Below are positions 26,207 to 35,524 of a stretch of DNA of 48,965 nucleotides, one piece after another. This DNA is from a virus (taxonomy: Duplodnaviria; Caudoviricetes). The translations under genes were made by a program, and so were the position numbers. Below the pieces are notes generated by a model. The model was given only the letters and a program-made list of their open reading frames with translations, was not told the DNA's origin and did not search any database. The DNA lies in the IMG/VR virus record IMGVR_UViG_3300016469_000027, positions 1 through 48,965 of that record; one strand, 5' to 3'. How positions within the stretch are numbered: the first letter of the stretch is position 1; every line of letters starts with the position of its first letter.

Positions 26207-26599
26207 ATGGCAGTGAAGATAGCCAACCGTGACGCACGACAGCATGTCAAGCGTCATCACCCCTTCCAGGGCAACAACCTGTACGGTATGTACTGGTGTG
26301 CCAACCCATCCTCAACCGACCCTGGCGACAGTGGCTACGCAGTGTTCAGCTACGGCTCCCACTGGCCGCTGTTCATCGGTACCGTACTCATCCCAGGGGG
26401 GCCAGATGTCTGGTTCGAGAACCTGGACCGTCGCTCCGTGACGACATCCAAACACCGTAGCCAAGCCCATCCCCACACCGACACCAAGCTACTGCCCCTC
26501 GAATCCATGCAGTTCATCCTGCGCAAGGGGTACAGGGCTCTCGTGGCCCAGAGGCTGGGGGTCCCACAACAGACTGAGTTCCACATGGAGGTTGCATGA
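26207..26599 (+). CDS. Early hypothetical protein
   Basis: 130 aa, SD GGAG; YAVFSYGSHWPLF...SVTTSKHRS. Confidence 0.8.
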   Translation: MAVKIANRDARQHVKRHHPFQGNNLYGMYWCANPSSTDPGDSGYAVFSYGSHWPLFIGTVLIPGGPDVWFENLDRRSVTTSKHRSQAHPHTDTKLLPLESMQFILRKGYRALVAQRLGVPQQTEFHMEVA

Positions 26600-26811
26600 T
26601 GCAGATCTATACCGGAGTGACGATGACCATCAACGGTGTGCTGGATGAGCGCATCGAAGTTACGTTCAACACCTCCGATGGAGGTATTGGACTAAGGTTC
26701 TACGGCGAAGACACTGTAGGTACACAGGAATCTCTGTCGTTCCCTGCTGCCAAGCAGTTGATCAAGGCGCTGGAGACGGCGTTCTTCATACGTCAGAAGG
26801 AGAAGGTATGA
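26596..26811 (+). CDS. Hypothetical protein
   Basis: 71 aa, SD GGAGG, ATGA overlap. Confidence 0.7.
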   Translation: MMQIYTGVTMTINGVLDERIEVTFNTSDGGIGLRFYGEDTVGTQESLSFPAAKQLIKALETAFFIRQKEKV

Positions 26812-27008
26812 CTGTGATGACACACGTCTGGGTAGTGGAGTCCCTTGGTGACGACACTCCGACACTGCTGTCGGTGCATACCGACAAAGCATCGGCCAAC
26901 GCAGCCGTGGCTGCGTACACCAAGAGCTACAGACACGGTGGCACTGAGGCTGACTACTGGGTGCACACCATGAAGCTCAACCACACCGGAGTGGAGAACG
27001 ACGAATGA
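26808..27008 (+). CDS. Hypothetical protein
   Basis: 66 aa, ATGA overlap. Confidence 0.7.
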   Translation: MTVMTHVWVVESLGDDTPTLLSVHTDKASANAAVAAYTKSYRHGGTEADYWVHTMKLNHTGVENDE

Positions 27009-27202
27009 TCTGTGTCTGCTGTGGGGAGGTGGTCCCTCCCCCTCGCGCCCAGCTTGGGTACAAAACCTGTCTGCCCTGTGGTGAGACACAGGCCAAGCAA
27101 CGACGCCACACCATCGTCCCTCTGCCAAAGAGCAACTACATGGTGTTCACTGACCTCACCCTGCTCAAGGGACTCAACTCATCGCACAGAGGAAACCGAT
27201 GA
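27005..27202 (+). CDS. DksA/TraR-type C4 zinc-finger-like protein
   Basis: CVCCGEVVPPPRAQLGYKTCLPCG resembles CxxCGExIPxxR...CxxC. Confidence 0.6.
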   Translation: MICVCCGEVVPPPRAQLGYKTCLPCGETQAKQRRHTIVPLPKSNYMVFTDLTLLKGLNSSHRGNR

Positions 27203-27357
27203 AACGACGCAACTCACCCCAACGGGCTCGGTGTCTCGACCCCGACTGGAAGTACATACCCGCTGTATCCACCAACGTCTTGCAGCGGTTCAAGGATATG
27301 GGATGGCAGCCCCCATCGGAAAAGGCTGTCAAAACAACGCGGAAAGGCAACAAATGA
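27199..27357 (+). CDS. Hypothetical protein (52 aa)
   Basis: Read by hand: MKRRNSPQRARCLDPDWKYIPAVSTNVLQRFKDMGWQPPSEKAVKTTRKGNK. ATGA overlaps on both sides. Confidence 0.65.
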   Translation: MKRRNSPQRARCLDPDWKYIPAVSTNVLQRFKDMGWQPPSEKAVKTTRKGNK

Positions 27358-27515
27358 AGCGACTGTTTACCCTCAGAGAGCACAAGGGGGGACCGCTGGT
27401 CCAGCCCGTGCAGTACTTCGACAACAAGATGGCAGCCAAAGCTGCCCGCACCGGCACCCAGGTGGTGTCCTACGGCCCTGACCATTCCAAGACCCAACGC
27501 AACCAAGGAGTCTGA
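27354..27515 (+). CDS. Hypothetical protein (53 aa)
   Basis: MKRLFTLREHKGGPLVQPVQYFDNKMAAKAAR...; ATGA overlap. Confidence 0.65.
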   Translation: MKRLFTLREHKGGPLVQPVQYFDNKMAAKAARTGTQVVSYGPDHSKTQRNQGV

Positions 27516-27516
27516 C

Positions 27517-28518
27517 ATGCGAGCTACCCTGCTGAAACAAACCCTCCAGTCCCTGTTCCCCATCCAGCGCACGGTGTGCATCGAGGGTGCTCCCGGTGGT
27601 GGCAAGACCACCATCGTGCAAGAAGTTGCACAATCCCTGGACGTGCCCTACATCGAGCGGCACATGCCCACCATGCTGGTGGAAGACTTCGGGATTTTGT
27701 TTCCGTCGTCCGCAAGCGGCGACTCCGACTCCACGCTCCACTACAAGCTCCCCGACTGGTTCCCAGTCAAGGGCAAGTCCCCTGATCGTGGCATCCTGTG
27801 CTTCGACGACCGCAACCAAGCTCCCGCAGACCTCCAGAAGGTGCTTGCCAACATCTGCCAAGCCCGCAACCTGCACGGCACACCTCTGCCTGAGGGGTGG
27901 ATGGTGGTCTCCACCGGTAACCGCCAAGCCGACAGGGCCGGTGCCAACCGAGTGCTGAGCCATCTGCGTAACCGCGAGACTGTGCTGGAGCTTGAGACCC
28001 ACCTGGACGACTGGACTGCATGGGCCATCCAGCACGATGTCAAGCCCGAGGTGATCAGCTTCATCCGCTTCCGCCCTGGCCTGCTGCACGACTTCGACCC
28101 GCAGCGAGACTGCAACGCCACACCACGCTCATGGGTGGAGGGTGTCAGTGACGTGCTGGGCACGGTGCCTGCCGAGGCTGAGTTCGAGTGCTTCAAGGGT
28201 GCCGTGGGTGAGGGTGCAGCGGCTGAGTTCGTGGGGTTCGTTCGCATCTTCCGCAAGCTGCCTAACCCCGATGCCATCCTGCTCAACCCCACCACGAGTG
28301 ACGTGCCACGGGATCCTGCCACGCTGTATGCCCTCAGCGGTGCCCTGTCACACAGGGCCACGACAGCCAGCATGGACCGCTTCACGACCTACATCGAGCG
28401 GATGCCCCCAGAGTTCTCCGTGCTGTCCATGAGCATGGCTGCTCGACGGGATCCTGACTTGGCGAACACTCAAGCGTTTACCAAGTGGTCGATCAACCAC
28501 CAGGACGTGTTGTTCTGA
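27517..28518 (+). CDS. MoxR-like AAA+ ATPase
   Basis: Walker A GAPGGGKT, Walker B ILCFDD, STGNR..DRAG, LRNR, TPRSW. SD AAGGAG. Confidence 0.85.
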   Translation: MRATLLKQTLQSLFPIQRTVCIEGAPGGGKTTIVQEVAQSLDVPYIERHMPTMLVEDFGILFPSSASGDSDSTLHYKLPDWFPVKGKSPDRGILCFDDRNQAPADLQKVLANICQARNLHGTPLPEGWMVVSTGNRQADRAGANRVLSHLRNRETVLELETHLDDWTAWAIQHDVKPEVISFIRFRPGLLHDFDPQRDCNATPRSWVEGVSDVLGTVPAEAEFECFKGAVGEGAAAEFVGFVRIFRKLPNPDAILLNPTTSDVPRDPATLYALSGALSHRATTASMDRFTTYIERMPPEFSVLSMSMAARRDPDLANTQAFTKWSINHQDVLF

Positions 28519-28519
28519 C

Positions 28520-28684
28520 ATGCGGTGGCCGAGTCGGGACAAGCCTGAGCTTCACCAACGAGGCCGCTGGTGGATCGTGCGGTGGTACTCCCCAGTGGAG
28601 AAACGCTGCCGAGCGATCCGCACCAAGTCAGAAGCCTACGCCAAACTCATATACCAACATCTTCAAGAATCATCATGCAACTGA
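28520..28684 (+). CDS. Small basic Trp-rich protein (54 aa)
   Basis: Read by hand: MRWPSRDKPELHQRGRWWIVRWYSPVEKRCRAIRTKSEAYAKLIYQHLQESSCN. Starts 1 nt after the ATPase stop and overlaps the next start. Confidence 0.5.
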   Translation: MRWPSRDKPELHQRGRWWIVRWYSPVEKRCRAIRTKSEAYAKLIYQHLQESSCN

Positions 28685-29523
28685 ACGACCGTGCTCTGCT
28701 CGTGCAACTCAACATCTCTCAATGGACAGCCCGCAAGTTCGACAAGCGGGCTACCAAGGAAGTGGCTGCTGCCCACGGCACGACCACTGCGGCTGGACGG
28801 TACAACAAGTCCCTGCTGCCCATGAACGACCAGTTGGACAACATCCACAAGAAGACGAGCTACATCCGGCAGAAGTTCTACGACAACACGCTGCCCTGGG
28901 GCATCGAGGGCACCATGATGCTGCCCACGGCCAACTACCTGTCGTTCATGTCTGACTTCCGCAAGGAGAAGGGTGAGTGGGAGTCCATCGTCGGTACGTT
29001 CGTCGCTGACTACGACCAACTCAAGACCGATGCCAAGCGCATCCTGGGCAGCCTGTACGACCCTGCCGACTACCCCACGACGGGAGAGATCCGGCACAAG
29101 TTCAGGATGGACATGGCTGTGTTCCCCGTGCCGACGACGGACTTCAGAGTGGCCATCGGTTCCGAGGAACTGACACGCATCCAGCAAGATGTTGAGCGTA
29201 GGGTGAAGGATGCGGAGCGCACTGCCATGCTCGACGTGTGGCAGCGGCTGTTCGACCGGGTGAAGCACATGGCTGAGAAGCTGGCTGATCCCAAGGCCAT
29301 CTTCCGTGACTCGATGGTGGAGAACGCCCGAGAGATCTGCTCACTGCTGCCGAGGCTCAATTTCAACGACGACCCTAACCTCGAAGCTCTGCGTCAGGAA
29401 GTCGAAAGCAAGCTGATCCATCATCCAGACGCACTGCGTAACGACCCGGACCTGCGGCAAGACACTGCTGCTCAGGCCAAGAAGATCATGGACACGATGT
29501 CCATTTTTATGGGAGCCAAGTGA
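28675..29523 (+). CDS. Helical protein (DUF3150-like) in the AAA+/vWA module
   Basis: Start ATG 28675 (MQLNDRALLVQLNISQWTARKFD), 282 aa; TLPW, YDPADYP, IFRDSMVEN, LNFNDDP. Confidence 0.7.
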   Translation: MQLNDRALLVQLNISQWTARKFDKRATKEVAAAHGTTTAAGRYNKSLLPMNDQLDNIHKKTSYIRQKFYDNTLPWGIEGTMMLPTANYLSFMSDFRKEKGEWESIVGTFVADYDQLKTDAKRILGSLYDPADYPTTGEIRHKFRMDMAVFPVPTTDFRVAIGSEELTRIQQDVERRVKDAERTAMLDVWQRLFDRVKHMAEKLADPKAIFRDSMVENAREICSLLPRLNFNDDPNLEALRQEVESKLIHHPDALRNDPDLRQDTAAQAKKIMDTMSIFMGAK

Positions 29524-30614
29524 TGAACCTGCAAACCAAGCTGGCGAAAGCCAAGACCGCTCTTGTCCTGGAGCATCCCTTCGTCGGCACCATCGCACTG
29601 ACGATGCCCTACGAGTTGGACGCCTCCATCCCCACTGCTGCAACCAACGGCAAGCGGATCAAGTTCAACCCGGACTTCATCGAGAAGCTGACCGATGAGG
29701 AACTCAAGTTCCTCGTGGCACACGAGTGCTTCCATCCCATGCTGGAGCACAACTTCCGACGTGGTGAGAGGCAGGCACGACGGTGGAACCAAGCTGCCGA
29801 CTACGTGATCAACAAGTTGTTGACCGATGAGCGCATCGGCAAGATGCCCCCCAAGGGGCTGCTCGACGACAACATCTACAACGCTGGCAAGGGTACCTCC
29901 GAAGGGATCTACAACATCCTGCCGGAAGACAGCGGTGACGACCCGCTGGACGACTGCGAGGACGGTGAGGGCAGCCCTGCCGAGCAAGCTCAGGCGCAAG
30001 CCGAGTGGAAGGTGAAGGTGGCCCAGGCTGCGCAAGCTGCCAAGATGATGGGCAAGATGTCTGCCGGTCTGCAACGACTGGTCGACGAGGTGCTGCAACC
30101 CAGGGTCGACTGGCGTGAGGTGCTGCAACGGTTCCTGGTCAAGGCACAGACGGATCAGCGCACCTTCGCTCGGTTCAACCGACGCTTCATCGCACAAGGA
30201 CTGTACCTGCCCAGTGTCACGGGTGAAGTGATGGGTGAGTTGTGCTTCGCGGTGGACTGCTCGGGATCCATCGACCAGAAGACCATCAGCCAGTTCGCTG
30301 CTGAGATCCGCAGGGTCAAGGACGACCTCGTGCCAACACGTATCCACGTGTTGTACTTCGACAGCGAAGTCAGTCACGCTGAGTCGTACGGTCCCGAGGA
30401 TGACCTCGACATCAAGCCCCACGGTGGCGGTGGCACTGACTTCGCTCCGGTGTTCCAGTACATGCTGGACAACGACATCAACCCCGTGGCCTGTGTGTTC
30501 CTGACCGACCTGTGCTGCAACAGTTTCGGCAGGCAGCCTGACTGCCCCGTGCTGTGGGTGACGACGGACGAGACCAAGGCACCGTTCGGTGAAGTGGTGG
30601 AGATGAACCCATGA
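29520..30614 (+). CDS. HExxH metallopeptidase-like plus vWA domain protein (DUF2201-like)
   Basis: TAATNG, AHECFH, WNQAADYVIN; MIDAS DCSGS, GGGGTDF, FLTD. Confidence 0.85.
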   Translation: MMNLQTKLAKAKTALVLEHPFVGTIALTMPYELDASIPTAATNGKRIKFNPDFIEKLTDEELKFLVAHECFHPMLEHNFRRGERQARRWNQAADYVINKLLTDERIGKMPPKGLLDDNIYNAGKGTSEGIYNILPEDSGDDPLDDCEDGEGSPAEQAQAQAEWKVKVAQAAQAAKMMGKMSAGLQRLVDEVLQPRVDWREVLQRFLVKAQTDQRTFARFNRRFIAQGLYLPSVTGEVMGELCFAVDCSGSIDQKTISQFAAEIRRVKDDLVPTRIHVLYFDSEVSHAESYGPEDDLDIKPHGGGGTDFAPVFQYMLDNDINPVACVFLTDLCCNSFGRQPDCPVLWVTTDETKAPFGEVVEMNP

Positions 30615-30847
30615 ACATAGACAACCCGGAGTATCACGAGAAGGTGATGGAGTTGGTGACCCGGCTCATCACCTCGATGAACACGAACTTCCCTGAGTAC
30701 AGTGTTCGTGTCAATGCCCTGCTGACGCTACTGGCGATGGCGGGTAAAGAATCCACGCTGACAGAGGACGAGTTCCATGCAGTGGTGGGCTGGCAGTTGA
30801 GCGAGATCATGTCTCGCATGTCAGTAGTTGAAGGTCGTATTCAATAA
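30611..30847 (+). CDS. Hypothetical protein
   Basis: 78 aa, ATGA overlap. Confidence 0.65.
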   Translation: MNIDNPEYHEKVMELVTRLITSMNTNFPEYSVRVNALLTLLAMAGKESTLTEDEFHAVVGWQLSEIMSRMSVVEGRIQ

Positions 30848-30857
30848 GGAGAGTGAC

Positions 30858-31490
30858 ATGGCAACAGTGCGTTTTTCCAAGGAACTGATCGACAACATCG
30901 AGAAGAATGCTCGGGCCAAGATGCAGCCCGCAGTGGAACGGGCCAAAGACCAGAAGCTGGACAACTCGTGGGGCCAGCGCATCTACGACACCCTGTTCCT
31001 CAACGACATCCCGAGCGTTTCACAGGTGCCATCGCACTGGTTCACACAGACAGAGAAGTTGGTGATTGAGAAGGTCGGCAGCCAGCGATGCAGGCTGGAG
31101 TTCAAGTTCCCGTCACCCAAGCCGTGGCCGCACAACTTTGTCGAGACTGAACTGGCGAAGAAGGAGAGTTCGTGGAGCGGGGACATCACCCTGAAGGACA
31201 GCCTTGTGTGGGGTGAACTGTTCGCTGAGGTCAAGGAGTACAACGAGCGTGTCAGTGCAGCGGTAACCCGGCAGCGGGAGTTCGTTGAGATGGTCAAGAA
31301 AGTGATCAGTCAGTTTTCCACCCTGGCTCCGGCACTCAAGGCATGGCCTCCGCTGTGGGAGTTGATCCCCGAGGACGTGAAGAACAAGCACCGACAAGTT
31401 GTGGAGCGGGAGAAGAAGGAAGCAGTCAAACTGGAGGTCGACCTCGGCAAGCTCACTGCACTGAGCACCGCAGCGAAGTTCGGCATATGA
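30858..31490 (+). CDS. Hypothetical protein, Nmad5-like
   Basis: ATG 30858 with SD AAGGAG. C-terminal STLAPALKAWPPLWELIP resembles the Nmad5 TxxxLxxxWPE pattern. Confidence 0.55.
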   Translation: MATVRFSKELIDNIEKNARAKMQPAVERAKDQKLDNSWGQRIYDTLFLNDIPSVSQVPSHWFTQTEKLVIEKVGSQRCRLEFKFPSPKPWPHNFVETELAKKESSWSGDITLKDSLVWGELFAEVKEYNERVSAAVTRQREFVEMVKKVISQFSTLAPALKAWPPLWELIPEDVKNKHRQVVEREKKEAVKLEVDLGKLTALSTAAKFGI

Positions 31491-31924
31491 ACGACCAGAT
31501 GATCAGCACCCTCAAGGCAATGGGGGTGACAGTGGAGAAGCCCGCTCAGTACCGCACCAACCCAGAGAAAAGACTGGAGTGGCTGCGGGCACTGCGTGGG
31601 TTCAAGAAGGGACTGGCTGTGCGTTACAAGCTCGGCATCCTGGAGCGGTACTGCGTGGATGTTGCAGAACAACGATCATCGGGTAAGTCCTACTGGGAAC
31701 AACCCGACTGGGATACTCCGTACTGGCGCGACAAACTGTACGATGCCATCACGACGGGCACCCTGGCACCTGATCTGCTGCTGGGGTTTGCTCAGTCCAT
31801 CGGTCGTACCTATCACACACAGAGATATCCACGTGTGGTGGACTACTTGTACACGGTGGACAAGATCCTCAAAGCGCAGTCGTTCAAGTTGCGACTGAAG
31901 TTCGGCGTGATCACGGAGTTCTGA
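31487..31924 (+). CDS. Hypothetical protein
   Basis: Start ATG 31487 (MNDQMIST), ATGA overlap. Confidence 0.65.
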   Translation: MNDQMISTLKAMGVTVEKPAQYRTNPEKRLEWLRALRGFKKGLAVRYKLGILERYCVDVAEQRSSGKSYWEQPDWDTPYWRDKLYDAITTGTLAPDLLLGFAQSIGRTYHTQRYPRVVDYLYTVDKILKAQSFKLRLKFGVITEF

Positions 31925-32181
31925 TGAAGTGCCCGCATTGCCTTCGTGAAGGCCGCTCGAAAGTACTGGAGAGTCGTCCGAGCGATGGGCATGTTTGGCG
32001 CAGAAGGATGTGCCTGCTGTGCTTTGCGATCTATGTGTCTGAGGAACACACACATCTGGACATGCGGATGCCCAAGAAAACGCGGTCCCAGTACAGACTG
32101 AAAGACCGCAAGCCCAAGCCTGAGGAGATGAAGCGTGAGATCACAAGTGATGGGAAGGATCTGCAAGATCTATGGAGATGA
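31924..32181 (+). CDS. NrdR N-terminal-like zinc-ribbon protein
   Basis: MKCPHC...SKVLESR......RRRMCLLC; no ATP cone. Confidence 0.7.
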   Translation: MKCPHCLREGRSKVLESRPSDGHVWRRRMCLLCFAIYVSEEHTHLDMRMPKKTRSQYRLKDRKPKPEEMKREITSDGKDLQDLWR

Positions 32182-32375
32182 CCATGACTGACAACGAACG
32201 TGAACTCGACCTACTCATAGGAGATCTACAGAGTGAACTACGACAACTGCGGTCCGCCCTTGCCGTCCATCGAGCAAAGGCTGAGCGACTCCAAGAAGTC
32301 ATGGACAGCATCGCAACCCTATCCACTCTGGCCCTTCGGGACAGTAGATCCGAGGGAACTAGCCAAGTGGCATAG
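32172..32375 (+). CDS. Hypothetical coiled-coil protein
   Basis: ~63-67 aa with heptad pattern. Confidence 0.6.
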   Translation: MEMTMTDNERELDLLIGDLQSELRQLRSALAVHRAKAERLQEVMDSIATLSTLALRDSRSEGTSQVA

Positions 32376-32419
32376 GCAGAACAAACCACAACTCACAACT
32401 GAACCCGCACTATTTTGAG

Positions 32420-32836
32420 GTGACCATGAGTACATCTGAGAAAGTCATTCGCTACTTCATCCGTAACCCCTTGTCCAAGCCTAAAGATGTTGCACTGAAG
32501 TTCAACATCGCACTGGCATACGCATATGTGCTGCGTAAGAAGGCCATGCACGGAGCGCAGGAGGCTACGGCGACGGAGGTTCTCGGCCCGCAGGTCGAAG
32601 ACCAGCCTGCCAACAAGCGACAGGAAGGTGGAGATCACTACGTCTCGATGCCAGTGCAACCCTGGGACGTGGTGGATACGTGGCCCATCGAGCAGCGCAT
32701 CGGGTTCTACCGGGGCAATGCGATGAAGTACCTGATGCGGATGGGCAGCAAGGACATGCCCGCCACTGAGGCGGCCAAGGGGATGCACTACATCCAGAAA
32801 CTTGTTGAGGTGCTCAATGAGCGAGGAGCTTCATAG
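32420..32836 (+). CDS. DUF3310-like protein with N-terminal HTH-like segment
   Basis: RQEGGDHY..MPVQPWD...GFYRGNAMKYLMRMGSK...KGMHYI. Confidence 0.75.
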   Translation: MTMSTSEKVIRYFIRNPLSKPKDVALKFNIALAYAYVLRKKAMHGAQEATATEVLGPQVEDQPANKRQEGGDHYVSMPVQPWDVVDTWPIEQRIGFYRGNAMKYLMRMGSKDMPATEAAKGMHYIQKLVEVLNERGAS

Positions 32837-33068
32837 CATCACCATCACGCCGTCGGCTCCGGTTGGCGGTCCTGTTTCCACCGCAGGCCCCTTCGGTGGC
32901 GGCGGGACGCTTACTCTGACGGGTCACAACGACCACGAGAGGATGTCGATTGAAGATGTCCGCATGTTCAAGGATATGTGCGGGCTGCTTCGCTACATCG
33001 CAGAGGTTGATCCCAAGTTCAAGGAGTACGTGCAAGCGTACGAAGCAAAGAAAAGGATCCTGAAATGA
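32817..33068 (+). CDS. Hypothetical protein
   Basis: Likely start ATG 32817 (MSEELHSITIT). Confidence 0.55.
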   Translation: MSEELHSITITPSAPVGGPVSTAGPFGGGGTLTLTGHNDHERMSIEDVRMFKDMCGLLRYIAEVDPKFKEYVQAYEAKKRILK

Positions 33069-33241
33069 CCGACGAAATCTTTGACTACGCACCGATCATG
33101 CTTCGCATGGAGAAGATCCTGCGGCAGATACACGACAACTACCTGAGCAACGACCCGAAGAGCAACGCTGAACTCATCGACCAACTGATCGTCGAGGCAC
33201 GGCTGCTGCGGACGTACAACCTACATGCACTGGGGATGTGA
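33065..33241 (+). CDS. Hypothetical protein (58 aa)
   Basis: Read by hand: MTDEIFDYAPIMLRMEKILRQIHDNYLSNDPKSNAELIDQLIVEARLLRTYNLHALGM. Overlaps both neighbours. Confidence 0.65.
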   Translation: MTDEIFDYAPIMLRMEKILRQIHDNYLSNDPKSNAELIDQLIVEARLLRTYNLHALGM

Positions 33242-33471
33242 TGAAGACAGCACTCACTCTTGAACGCCGCAAGAACTTCGACGGCGTGTGGTGCATCGCA
33301 CCGTTCATCAACGGCTACAACACGGGTGATATCCCTGAAAAGGAATGGACCCCTGCCGTTGCCCGGTCAGTGCGCCGTGCGTATGAGATCGGCTACGCCG
33401 AAACCATCCGTCGCATTCAGGAACTCGGTCTGCCATCTGTCGGTGAGTGGAAGGAAAAGTCATGGACATAG
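33238..33471 (+). CDS. Hypothetical protein
   Basis: 77 aa, coupled to the polymerase gene. Confidence 0.6.
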   Translation: MMKTALTLERRKNFDGVWCIAPFINGYNTGDIPEKEWTPAVARSVRRAYEIGYAETIRRIQELGLPSVGEWKEKSWT

Positions 33472-35300
33472 TAACCATCGACTTCGAGACCTACTACGAC
33501 AAGGAGTTCTCGCTGTCCAAGATGACCACGGAGGCATACATCCGTGACCCGCAGTTCGAGATCATCGGCGTGGGCATCAAGGTCAACGACTACCCCACCG
33601 ACTGGTACAGCGGCGACAACCCTGGCAAGTTCCTGAAGTCGCTGGACTACAGCAAGCGGGCGATCCTGTGTCACAACACAGCGTTCGATGGAGCCATCCT
33701 GTCGTGGCTGTTCGGTATCAAGCCTAAGCTGTGGCTGGATACCCTGAGCATGGCCCGTCCGCTGCACAACGTCACGGTGGGAGGCTCACTCGCCAAGCTC
33801 GTGACGCACTACGGGCTAGGACAGAAGGGCGACGAGGTGGTGGCTGCGCTGGGCAAGCGCAAGAAGGACTTCACCGAGGCAGAGTTGGCGCAGTACGGCA
33901 AGTACTGCATCAACGACGTGAACCTGACCAAGCAGTTGTTCGACAAGATGAAGGTGGGCTTCCCCTCTGGGGAGCTACTGGTGATCGACCAGACGCTGCG
34001 GATGTACACAGAGCCGGTGATCGAACTCGATGTGCCACTTTTGCAGCAACATCTTGTGGAAGTACAGCAGGCCAAGGCGCGGTTGATGGAGGAGGTCGAT
34101 GTCACGACCGATGACATCATGTCCAACCCGAAGTTCGCTGCTGCGTTGCAGTCGCTGGGCGTGGAGCCACCGACCAAGGTAAGCACGACGACGGGCAAGC
34201 CGACATATGCGTTCAGCAAAACCGACAAGGGACTGACCGACTTGTTGGAACATCCTGATGAACGTGTGCAGGCGTTAGTGTCTGCTCGCCTCGGGGTTAA
34301 GTCCACCATCGAGGAGACACGTACAGAGAACCTGATCGGTGTGGCTGGACGTGGGCGGCTGCCCATCATGCTGAACTACTACGGTGCCCACACCGGGCGC
34401 TTCAGTGGCGGCGACAAGCTGAACCTCCAGAACCTGCCAAGCCGGGGAAACACGACGATCCGCAGAGCACTGAAGGCACCACCGGGGCATGTGCTGGTTG
34501 CATGTGACTCCTCACAGATCGAGGCACGTACTGTGGCGTGGCTGGCTGGGCAGGAGGATCTGGTGCAGGCGTTCCGTGAACAGCGGGATGTGTACTCAGA
34601 GTTCGCCACCAAGGTCTACGGTCGCAAGATCACAAAGGCTGACAAGGTGGAACGGTTCGTTGGCAAGACCTGCATCCTGGGGCTGGGCTACGGCATGGGT
34701 GCAGAGAAGCTACGCCGCACACTGGAGCTTGGTCAGGGCGGTATCAACGTGGTGATCGATCTTCAGGAAGCAGAGCGCATCGTCAGGCTCTACCGGCAGG
34801 AGAACTTCAAGATCGTCCAGCTATGGCAGCGATGTGGTCAGGCGCTGACCACCATGATCCAAGGCGGCAGCGGCAACATCCACGAGCGGGTTCCGTTCAG
34901 TAACGACAGCATCATCCTGCCGAGCAAGTTCAAGATCCAGTACCCCGCGCTGCGTCAGCAGGGCAACGGCTTTGAGTACCTCAATGATCAGAGACAGTAC
35001 AAGAAGTTTCTGCAAGGCGAAGCTGATGTGTCGTGGACCCGCATCTACGGCGGCAAAGTGACGGAGAACATCGTCCAAGCACTGGCGTCCATCGTGATCC
35101 GTGAGCAGATGGCAAAGGCAGGGCAGCACTTCAAGGTCGCCTTCCAAGTCCACGACGAGATCATCATCTCCGTGCCTGAGGCCAACCTCCAAGCCGATCA
35201 AGCCAAGCTCGAAACCATCATGACCACCCCGCCCAAGTGGGCACCTGACCTGCCGGTTGCATGTGAGTCCGGTGCGGCAGACAACTATGGAGATACATGA
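33462..35300 (+). CDS. polA: Family A DNA polymerase with 3'-5' exonuclease
   Basis: ExoI DFET, ExoII HNTAFD, ExoIII YCINDV; TGRFSG..LNLQN; motif A DSSQIEAR, motif B RFVGKTCILGLGYG, motif C VHDE. Confidence 0.95.
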   Translation: MDIVTIDFETYYDKEFSLSKMTTEAYIRDPQFEIIGVGIKVNDYPTDWYSGDNPGKFLKSLDYSKRAILCHNTAFDGAILSWLFGIKPKLWLDTLSMARPLHNVTVGGSLAKLVTHYGLGQKGDEVVAALGKRKKDFTEAELAQYGKYCINDVNLTKQLFDKMKVGFPSGELLVIDQTLRMYTEPVIELDVPLLQQHLVEVQQAKARLMEEVDVTTDDIMSNPKFAAALQSLGVEPPTKVSTTTGKPTYAFSKTDKGLTDLLEHPDERVQALVSARLGVKSTIEETRTENLIGVAGRGRLPIMLNYYGAHTGRFSGGDKLNLQNLPSRGNTTIRRALKAPPGHVLVACDSSQIEARTVAWLAGQEDLVQAFREQRDVYSEFATKVYGRKITKADKVERFVGKTCILGLGYGMGAEKLRRTLELGQGGINVVIDLQEAERIVRLYRQENFKIVQLWQRCGQALTTMIQGGSGNIHERVPFSNDSIILPSKFKIQYPALRQQGNGFEYLNDQRQYKKFLQGEADVSWTRIYGGKVTENIVQALASIVIREQMAKAGQHFKVAFQVHDEIIISVPEANLQADQAKLETIMTTPPKWAPDLPVACESGAADNYGDT

Positions 35301-35524
35301 TGAACCGTGAGTACCACGACGGAACAGAACCAACCAGCTTGCCTCACTTCGTCCATTGCTCTGGTCCGTGCGACCAGGGTAGGTCACCATGCCCGTGTCC
35401 GATGGCATGTGAACGCGAAGTACCCAACGCCGACGAGCTTGGTGTGTTCGAGATGATCGGCAAGTTCATCGTTGTTGTCCTGGCCTTCGTCGGCCTAGGC
35501 GCTCTTGTGGGGTGGTTGACATGA
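35297..35524 (+). CDS. Small Cys-rich membrane protein
   Basis: CSGPCDQGRSPCPCPMAC plus C-terminal TM segment. Confidence 0.65.
   Translation: MMNREYHDGTEPTSLPHFVHCSGPCDQGRSPCPCPMACEREVPNADELGVFEMIGKFIVVVLAFVGLGALVGWLT

Noticed and set aside
28519-28674. Possible structured ncRNA between the ATPase and the next gene
   Set aside because: Better explained by a coupled 54-aa ORF; no convincing RNA motif recognised.
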